Assembly: GCF_004010195.1 (NCBI RefSeq)
Contig: NC_057749.1
Coordinates: forward strand, 25,617,614-25,661,307
From: Chiloscyllium plagiosum
Lineage: Eukaryota
Direction: 5' to 3'
DNA: 43,694 nt
Position numbers and translations under genes: made by a program. Position 1 is the first letter of the stretch, and every line of letters begins with the position of its first letter. The notes beneath the pieces are model-generated. The model was not told the DNA's origin. It did no database searches and saw nothing but the letters and a program-made list of their open reading frames with translations. This document shows positions 35,052 through 43,694 of this stretch, one piece after another.

Positions 35052-35838
35052 ATAGAGTCATAGAATGATAGAGATGTACAGCACAGAAACCGATTCTTTG
35101 GTCCAACTCATCCATGCCAACCAGATATCCCAACCTAATCTAGCCTCATTTGCCAGCACTTGGTCCATATCCCTCCAAACCCTCCCTATTCAGAAACCAA
35201 TCCAGATGCCTTTTAAATGTTATAGTTGTACCAGTCTCCACCACACCCTCTGGCAGCACATTCCATACACACAGGACTTTTTGGCTTAAAAGTTGCCTCT
35301 TAGGTCCCTTTTATATCTTTCTCCTCTCACCCTAAACCTATGCCCTCTAATTCTGAACTCCCCCACCCCAATCCATGCCCGTCATGATTTTCTAAACCTC
35401 TATGTGGTTACCCCTCAGCCTCTGACATTCCAGTGAAAACAGCCCTAGTCTGTTCAACCTCTCCCGAGAGCTCAAATTCTCCAACTGTGGTAACATCATT
35501 GTAATTTTTTTCTGAATCCTTTCAAGTTTCACAACATCCTTCTAATAAGAAGGAGACCAGAATTATACACAATATTCCAAAAGTGGTCTGACCAACATCG
35601 TGTACAGCCACAACATGACTTTACAACTCCTATACTCAATACTCTGACCAATAAAGGAAAGCATACCAGATGCCTTCTTTACTATTCTATTAACCTGCGA
35701 CTCCATTTTCAAGGAGCTATGAATCTGCACTCCAAGGTCTCTTTGTTCAGCAACGCTCCCTAGGACCTTACCATTAAATGTATAAGTCCTGCTAAGATTT
35801 GCTTTCCCAAAATGCAGCACCTCGCATTTGTCTAAATA
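35052..35838 (-). mobile_element. CR1 3' fragment
   Basis: LHFGKAN..EQRDLGVQIHSSLK..RPLLEYCV. Confidence 0.9.
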
Positions 35839-36129
35839 GCTGGCGTGGATTAGTCATCTAAGGTGCCCTACAACTTATTGTACTATGTCTCCAAAAACAG
35901 AGCTGCTACTCTTATTTGTTCAAGGTATTTTTTAAAAGTCCTGTTGCTATTTCACAATTTTGACATTGAGGCTAGAAGAAATTCCAATTTTGCCTCATAT
36001 CACCTTTAATTTCCACAGCACCAGGAACCAGGAAATTCACAGCCATTCTGACTGTGATCTCTGCAAAGCTTCATTGAGATTCTTTGCACCAATGAAAAGC
36101 TCACTTTTCTGCTGCTAATCCAATTCACT

Positions 36130-36590
36130 GGAATTGTCACTTTCTTGAGATGCTCGGAAATGCTGAAAGATCTGGATGTTCTCATCGTAAGACATTTCAA
36201 TGCAGGCACAGCAAGAGATTGGGAAAACTTATAGAATGTTGCCAGTTATCATGAGTGGTATTGAATACGAGATAAGGAGGTTATGCTTCAGTTATAGAGT
36301 GTGCTGGTGAGATCACATCGAGAGCATTGATTGAAATATTAATCACCCTGCATTGGAAACAGTTCAGAGAAGCCATACTGTGTTATTACAAAAACAGAAA
36401 TTGCTGGCAAAGCTCAGCAGATCTGGCAGCATCTGTGGGGAGAAAGCAGAGTTTTCTCTTCATTAGAACATTGGACAAATACCTGAAATGGGAGAGGCTT
36501 ATGAGGAAAGATTGGACAGGCTAGACCTGTTTCCACTGCAGTTCAGATGACTAAGAGACAAAGTGATTCAAAACATACAGAATCCTCAAC
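36130..36590 (+). mobile_element. Old CR1 fragment carrying a family B PLE repeat (~36389-36470)
   Basis: KDLDVL and VMLQLYRVLVRSH-like motifs; aaattgctggcaaagctcagcagatctggcagcatctgtgg insert. Confidence 0.55.
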
Positions 36591-36869
36591 TTATTATTTG
36601 TAGTTTGTGCGTAGCTAATGGAGTACAGCACTGGCAAAGGCTGTCTTTCTAAAGATCTAAAGTGAGGCTAACTCTTCTGGATTTGTTGATTCAGCTCCAA
36701 GGCCCCACAACATTTTCCAAAGAATTCAGAACAGGCTGTTTTCTTAGAATTCTTTTCACACCCTCAAACACTGGAACTTAAAGGAAATTGTTCTGAGAAA
36801 GATTACTCACCTGACTACATTCCAAAATACCTAGTGGCATCCAGTCATTCAGTGTGGAGGTATATAGTT

Positions 36870-37175
36870 ATCAGTCATTGCTGTAGGCTGCTGAATATCC
36901 CTTTGTTAAATGAGAATCTATTGACCTCTGTCTCAAGAAAATTTAAAGTTTCTGCATCCATTTCTTTTTGATAAAGGGTTTTCATAAGACTCACAACCCT
37001 CTGAGGGAATGTTTTTGTCCTTATCTCTGTCTTAAATTGATGGTGCTTTATTGTTACACTATTAGCTGTAGTTCTAATGGAAAATAGCTTTCCTCGTCCA
37101 CCCAGTCAAGTCCCCTCAGGACCTTTTATATTTCAATTAAATCACTCTTCTAAACCCCAGAGGATACAGGCCTAG
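36870..37175 (-). mobile_element. Old CR1 3' end, continued at 41093-41155
   Basis: Reverse complement of an ORF2 C-terminus split at a duplicated ggatacaggcc(t/c)ag. Confidence 0.65.
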
Positions 37176-37295
37176 AATAAAACAAAAAACTGAAAATGCT
37201 GGAGATCTGAATCAAAAACTGAAATTGCTGGTGAAACTCAGTAGGTCTGGCAGCATCTGTGCCAAGAAAGTAGAATTAACATTTCGAGTCTGTTG

Positions 37296-40272
37296 ATTGC
37301 TGTTGGGGAGGTTTTAAACTGATGTGGCAGGGGGGGCTGGGAACCAGAAGAGAAGAGAAGACTCATGAAGTTAGCATTAATAATGGGAAGAGCAGGCAGA
37401 GAGCAGATGAACGCAAAAGAACTGGTGGCCTGAAATGCAGTTAATTTAATGCAAGGAATATAGTGAGTAAGGCAGATGAACTTAGGGCTGGGATTGGTGC
37501 CTGGGAGTATGACGTTATTGCAATCACAGAGACTTGATTGAAGGAAGGGCATGATTGGCAACTAAATGTTCCAGGATATAGATGCTTCAGACAGGACAGG
37601 GAGGGAAGTAAAAGGGGCGGGAGGGGAAGAGTTGCATTGCTGGTCAGGGATGATGTCATGGCTGTGCTAAAGGAGGACACTATGGAGCATTTGAGTAGTG
37701 AGACATTGAGGGTGGAGCTGAGAAATAAGAGGGTGCAGTTACATTGTTGGGGCGGTATTACAGGCCTCCCAACAGTGAATGTGAGGTAGAGGAACAAATA
37801 GGTAAACAGATTATGGAAAGATGTAGAGGCAAAAGGATGGTGGTGATGGGAGATTTTAATTTTCCCAACATTGACTGGGATACACTTAGTATCAGAGGTC
37901 TGGATGGGGCAGAATTTGTAAGAAGCGTCCAGGAGAGCTTTCTAGAGCAGTATGTCAATAGTCCGATGAGGGAAGGGGCCATATTGGACCTGGTATTGGG
38001 GAATGAGACAGGCCAGGTAGTAGAAGCTGTGGTGGGGGATTTCTTTGGGAACAGTGATCATAATTCTGTAAGTTTCAGAATACTCATAGACAAAGATGAG
38101 AGTGGTCCTAAGGGAAGAGTACTTGACTGGGTCAAGGTCAATTATATCAAAATTAGGCAGGCGCTGGGAAATGTGGATTGGACACAGCTATTTGAAGGGA
38201 GGTCCACATTTGATATGTGAAGGCTTTCAAAGTTAGGTTAAAGATAGTGTAGGATAGGCATGTCCCATTGAAAGCAAAAGATGGGAGAGGCAAGATTCAT
38301 GAACCGTGGATGACAGGAGAAATCGTAAGACTAGCCAAGAGGAAAAGGGAAGCGTACATAAGGTCTAGGCAGCTAAGAACAGACTGAGCCCTAGAGGAAT
38401 ATCAGGAGAGTAGGACCAGTCTTAAATGAGAAATCAAGCGAGTTAAAAGGGGTCATTAAATAGCTTTAGCCAGCAGAATTAAGGAGAATCCCAAAGCCTT
38501 TTATTCTTACATAAGAAGCAAGCGGGTAACTAGAGAAAGGATTGGTCCATTAAAGGATAAGGAGGTAAGGATGGCTGTGTGTTGAACCTGAGAAAATAGG
38601 TGAGATTGTGAATGATTACTTTGCATCAGTGTTCACTGAGGAGAGGAACATGATGAATGTTGAGATTAGAGATAGACGTTTGATTACTCTGGATCACATT
38701 GACATAAGTAGGGAAGATATGTTGAGTAGGCTAGTGGTTATTAAGGTGGACAATCCCCAGGACTGGATGGGATCTATCCCAGGTTGCTGAGGGAAGCAAG
38801 AGAGGAAATAGCTGGGGCCTTGACAGATATCTTTGTAGCATCCTTAAACGCAGGTGAGGTGCTTGAGGACTGGAGGGTTGCTCATGTTGTCCCCCTGTAC
38901 AAGAAGAGTAGTAGGGATATTCTGGGTAACTACAGACCAGTGAACCTGACATTGGTGGTGGGAAAGTTGCCAGAGAAGGTACTGAGGGATAAAATCTATT
39001 TATATTTGGAAAAGAATGGGCCAGTGATAGACAGCATGGTTTTGTGCAGGGGAGATCATGCCTTACCAACTTAAGAGAGTTCTTTGAGGAAGTGATCAAG
39101 TTGATAGATGAAGAAAAGGCTGTAGATGTCATATACATGGACTTTAGTAAGGCATTTGTTAAGGTTCCCCATGGTAAGTTAATGGAGAAAGTGAAGTCAC
39201 ATGGTGTGCAGGGTGCTCTAGCTAGGTGGATAAAGAACTGGTTGAGCAACAGGAGACAGAGAGTAGTAGTTGAAGGGAGTTTCTCAAAATGGAGATAGGT
39301 GACCAGTGATGTTCCACAGGGATCAGTGTTGGGGCTACTGTTGTTTGTGACATACGTTGGTATGATCAGCAGGTTTGCAGATGACACAAAGATTGGTGGG
39401 ACTGTCAAACAATACAGGAGATAGGCGGGAGAGTTGGGCGGAGAAGTGGCAGATGGAGTTCAACCTAGGCACATGTGAGGTGATGCATTTTGGGAAGTCT
39501 AATTCTAGAGTGAATTATACAGTAAACGGAAGAGCCTTAGGAAAAGTTAATAAGCAGAAAGATCTGACATTTCAGGTCCATTGTACCCTGAAGGTTGCTG
39601 CACAGTGGATAGAGTGGTCAAGAAGGCATATGGTATGCTTGCCTTCATCGGATGGGGTATTGAGTATAAGAGCTAGCAGGACATGTTAAAATTGAACAAA
39701 ATGTTGGTTCGACCACATTTATAATACTGTGTACAGTTCTGGTCGCCACATTACCAAAAGGATGTAGACACTTTGGAGAGGGTGCAGAGAAGGTTTACGA
39801 GGATGTTGCCTGGTATGGAAGGTGCTAGCTATGAAGAGAGGTTTGATAGGTTAGGATTGTTTTTATTAGAAAACAGCAGATTGAAGGGGGACCTGATTGA
39901 GGCCTACAAAATCATGAAGGGTATAGACAGGGTAGATAGAGATAAGCTTTTTCCCAGGGTGAAGGATTTAATAATGAGAGGTTACACTTTCAAGGTGAGA
40001 GGTGAAAAGTTTAAGGGGGATACACACGGCAAGTACTTCACACAGAGGGTGGTAGGTACCTGGAACGTGTTGCCAGCAGAGGTAGTAGAGGCAGGCATGG
40101 TAGATTCATTATAAATGAGTCTGGACAGATGCAGGAGTAGATGGGGAGCAGAGGGACAGAGATGCTTAGGAATTGGGCAACAGGTTTAGACAGTGGATTT
40201 GGATTGGCTCAGTCTTGGAGGGCCGAAGGGCCTGTTCCTGGGCTGTGAGTTTTCTTTGTTCTTTGTTCTTTG
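37296..40272 (+). mobile_element. CR1 LINE, end of ORF1 plus near-complete decayed ORF2 and 3' tail
   Basis: FNARNI, YYRPPNS, MGDFNFPNIDW, GNSDHNSV, GNYRPVNL, YMDFSKAF, FADDTKIGG, YFTQRVV; (ttctttg)n tail. Confidence 0.95.
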
Positions 40273-40499
40273 TCTCTCCATCAGAACTCATAGCAGCTAG
40301 GAAAAAGTAGTATTAACACTGAAGATAAGGTTGTGGGTGGGGGAGAGGCAGCGAATAGGTGGAGATGGAGCTCAGAGAGAGAGAGATATAAAACAGGGAG
40401 GTAAAACAAGGGCAGGCCAGGACAGAAGAGGAGCTGAGTAAATGAAAATGAGAGGTGAGGGTAGCAGAGAATGGTTTGGATGCGCTGATAGCAAATTAC

Positions 40500-40711
40500 G
40501 AGAAAGTGAGGACTGTAAGTGCTGGAGATCAGAGTCAAAAGGTGTGGTGCTGGAAAAGCACAGCAGGTCAGGCAGCATCCAAGGAGCAGGAGAATCGACG
40601 TTTCGAACATAAGCTCTTCATCAGGAATGTTGAGATGAAGAGCTTATGCTCAAAATGGTGACTGCCCTGCTCCTCGGATGCTGCCTGATTGGCTGTGCTT
40701 TACCGGTACCA
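40500..40711 (-). mobile_element. Foldback PLE mini-insertion (family A variant)
   Basis: Inverted arms with tail on the left; imperfect flanking repeat agcaaat(t/g)a(c/t)g. Confidence 0.78.
40597..40624 (-). ncRNA. Minimal hammerhead ribozyme motif, stem II variant
   Basis: Reverse complement reads CTGATGA-A-GAGC-TTAT-GTTC-GAAA-CGTC. Confidence 0.65.
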
Positions 40712-41169
40712 TAGTTTTTGAAAGCAAATGATGTCATGTAATAGTAGGCCTGAGAGTGGGTGGAAATGGATTGGCCGTGCTAAGAGCAACCCACGTCATA
40801 ACAGAACTGGGTGTGGGCTGGATAAAAACATAGAATGGTGGAATCAGGCACTAAATGCTGAGTGCCAGAGGCTGTCGGGTTCCCAAGTAGAAAATGAAAT
40901 GCTGTTCTTCCAGCTTGTGCTGAGGCTTGCTGAAACACAATAGCAGGCCTGCAACAGACATGCTTCAGCACTTTTTCCTCACTGCTATCAATTCCGATCA
41001 AGAGTCAGCAGACTCGAAACACTAACCCTGTTCCTTTCCCCACAGATGCTGTTAGACTTGCTGAGTTCCTCCAGCAGTTTCTATTTTTTTTTGGATACAG
41101 GCCCAGCCTGTCTGCCCTTTCCTCATAAAGCAATCTGTTCATTCCAAGAGTTTCATGTTCATGTTTGAC

Positions 41170-41790
41170 CCAAGTTGTTGCATTTTGGGAAGGCAAATCA
41201 GGACAGGACAGATACATTTAATGGTAGGGTCCTGGGGAATGTTGTGAAACAAAGAGACTTTGGGGTGCAGGTTCATAGTTCCTTGAAGGTGCAGTCGCAG
41301 GTAAACAGGAGAGTGAAGTATACATTTGGTACACTTTCCCTAATTGGCCAGTGCGTTGAGTATAGAAGTTAGGAGGTCATGTTGCAGCTGTACATGATAT
41401 TGGTTAGGCCACTTTTGGAATACTGCTTACAGTTCTGGTCTCTCTACTATAGGAAAGATGTTGGTAAACTTGAAGGTTCAGTAAAGATTTACAAGGATGT
41501 TGCCGGGGTTGGAAAGTTTGAGCTACAGGGAGAGGCTGAATAGGCTGGGGCTATTTTCCCTGGAGCATTGGATGTTGAGGGGTGACCTTATAAAGGTTGG
41601 TAAAATCATGTGGGGCATGGATAGAGTGAATATACAAGGTCTTTTTCCCAGGGGAGTGGAATCCAAAACTAGAGGGCATAAGGTGAATGGGGAAAGATAT
41701 AAATTGGGACAACTTTTCACCACAGAGGGTGGTGCGTGTATGAAATGAGCTGCCAAATGAAACAGTGGAAGCTGATGCAATTATAATGTA
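41170..41790 (+). mobile_element. CR1 3' fragment
   Basis: LHFGKANQ..QRDFGVQVHSSLK; MLPGLESLSYRERLNRLGLFSLE. Confidence 0.9.
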
Positions 41791-41794
41791 TAGA

Positions 41795-42685
41795 GTAATA
41801 AAATCGTAGGATGTACAGCATGGAAACAGACCCTTTGGTCCAACCCGTCCATGCCGACCAGCTATGCTAAGATGGCAAAGTGGCTTAGTGGTTAGCACTG
41901 GTGCCTCACAGTGCCAGGGGCCTGGGTTTGAATCCGGCCTTAGCTGACTGTCTGTGTGGAGTTTGCATGTTCTCTGGTTTCCTCCCACAGTCCAAAGGTG
42001 TGCAGGTCAGCTGAATTGGCCATGCTAAAATTGCCCGTAGTGTTAGGTATATTAGTCAGAGGGAAATGGGTCTGGGTGGGTTATTCTTTGGAGGGTTGGC
42101 GTGGACTTGTTAGGCCTAAAGGCCTGTAGGGAGTCTAATCTAATTATATCCTAATCTAATCTAGTCCCATTTGCCAGCACTTGGCCCAAATCCCTCTAAA
42201 CCCTACCTATGCATAGAGCCATGCAGATGCCTTTTAAATGTTGCAATTGTACCAGCCTCCACCACTTCCTCTGGCAGCTCATTCCATACATGCACCACCC
42301 TTTGTATGAAAAGGTTGCCCCTGAGATGCCTTTTAAATCTTTCCCCTCTCACTTTAAACCCATGTACTCTAGTTTTGGACTCCTTCACCCCGGGTAAAGG
42401 ACCTTATCTATTCACTCTTTCCATGCCCCTCACAATTTCACAAACCTTTATAAAGTCACCCTTTCGCTTCCAACGCCTCAGGGAAAATAGCTCCAGCTTA
42501 TTCAGCCTCTCCTTATAGCTCACATCCTCCAATCCTGGCAACAACCTTGTAAATCTTTTCTGAACCCTTTCAAGTTTCACAACATCCATCTTATAGCCGG
42601 GAGACCAGAATTGCATGCAATGTTCCAAAAATGGCTTAACCAATGTTCTGTACAGCCGCAACAGGACCTCCAACTTCTATACTCA
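41795..42685 (-). mobile_element. CR1 3' fragment with a SINE inserted in its 3' UTR
   Basis: EVLLRLYRTLVKPFLEHCMQFWSP..WNELPEEVVE; UTR split between ~41870 and ~42146. Confidence 0.88.
41871..42145 (+). mobile_element. HE1/V-SINE-like SINE
   Basis: Head gtggcttagtggttagcact; (ctaat)n tail. Confidence 0.85.
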
Positions 42686-42825
42686 TGGTGCATGAATTGG
42701 AGAGGTCTAAAGGGATATGGGCCAACTGTTGGCAAATGCGACTACATTAATTTACGATATCTGATCAGCATCATTTGGACTGAAGGGTCTGTTTCCATGA
42801 TGTACATCTCTATGACTCTATGATG
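42686..42825 (+). mobile_element. CR1 3' UTR stub
   Basis: agggatatgggcca..tgtacatctctatgactctatg. Confidence 0.8.
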
Positions 42826-43182
42826 CGATGAGATGGATTTGATAGTCAATTCGTGGGCTCTCAGAACAATGGCCTCTCAACTGTTTGTGATAACTGATCA
42901 CAATCAAATGCTCAATTATAAACAATTAACATGTTCGTGCAATTTTCCATTTAACCCAGTTATTTCCACAGAAATAGAATATGATGCCTCATTTAAACGT
43001 TGTTAACAGATGAGTGCATGAGGAATATTGAGGACGAATTGGAATATTGAACCACTTAGCTTGTGGAAACTGGGTGCAGGGAATGGTCCTTGCTTTATTG
43101 AGCATGGCTTGGGTTTTTCTTTGCTGCACTGGAACAGCTTACTCCAGTGGTGATAGAGGGCCAGGGCAGACAGAGGTCATAT

Positions 43183-43332
43183 CAGGGAATCCCGACAGTG
43201 CGGAAACAGGCCATTTGGACCAACAAGTCAACACTGATCCTCCAAAGAGTACCCCACCCACCCAACCCACATTCCCCTCCCCTATTGCCCTACATTTTCC
43301 TGACTAATGCATCTAAGCTATACATCCCTGAA
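43183..43332 (-). mobile_element. HE1-like SINE 3' part
   Basis: Reverse complement of the SINE tail (cagtgcggaaacaggccattt..). Confidence 0.75.
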
Positions 43333-43334
43333 CT

Positions 43335-43694
43335 TTCGCCGTACCGACCAGTACCCTTCCACTGACACCTTCCTTCGACTGACTGAACTGGTCCTCACCC
43401 TGAACAACTTCTCTTTCCAATCCTCCCACTTCCTCCAAACGAAAGGAGTAGCCATGGGCACCCGCATGGGCCCCAGCTATGCCTGCCTCTTCGTAGGATA
43501 TGTGGAACAGTCCATCTTCCGCAACTACACCCCGACCTCAAATTCACCTGGACAGTCTCAGATTCCTCCCTCCCCTTCCTCGACCTTTCTATTTCCATCT
43601 CAGGCGACCGAAACAACACGGACATCTACTACAAACCGACCTACTCCCACAGCTACCTGGACTACACCTCCTCCCATCCTGACCCCTGCAAAAA
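43335..43694 (+). mobile_element. Penelope-like element RT fragment with internal deletion, running off the window end
   Basis: LTELVLTLNNFSF..QTKGVAMGTRMGPSYACLFVG, then LKFTW..LPFLDL..DIYYKP..YLDYTSSHP. Confidence 0.9.

Larger units (their letters stand above)
37176..41092 (-). mobile_element. 5'-truncated family B Penelope-like element with inverted 5' terminal repeat; contains nested inserts
   Basis: Minus strand ~40850-40960 reads MSVAGLL..KLEEQHFIFYLGTRQPLAL (PLE ORF C-terminus); terminal repeat at 37177-37295 + 40273-40290; inverted repeat at 40990-41092; TSD 37162-37175 / 41093-41106. Confidence 0.8.

Noticed and set aside
1..43694. CRISPR array or prokaryotic RT system (retron, DGR)
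   Set aside because: No regularly spaced repeat-spacer array; all RT motifs belong to eukaryotic CR1, RTE, Tx1, Gypsy or PLE elements.

Overview
Eukaryotic, most likely cartilaginous-fish (shark) intronic or intergenic DNA made almost entirely of decayed retroelements. The taxon is inferred from HE1/V-SINE-like SINEs and HER1/CR1-type LINEs. I could not identify a host protein-coding gene. The window holds about 20 CR1-clade LINE fragments (including an ORF1 SGNH-esterase piece and two near-complete decayed ORF2s), one RTE LINE split by a ~950-bp TG..CA solo LTR, one Tx1/L1 LINE, one decayed Gypsy element, two SINE families and Penelope-like element (PLE) RT/endonuclease fragments. The most notable signal is a set of short foldback insertions from three PLE-type terminal-repeat families. 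Several have 10-15-bp target-site duplications (TSDs), an unpaired 3' tail and a minimal hammerhead-ribozyme core (CTGANGA-A-stem II-GAAACGTC) whose stem II changes sequence but keeps pairing. There are also two local templated inverted duplications, a multi-layer nested insertion and two non-repetitive islands that may be conserved non-coding elements. Coordinates were read by eye, and boundaries of old repeats are approximate.
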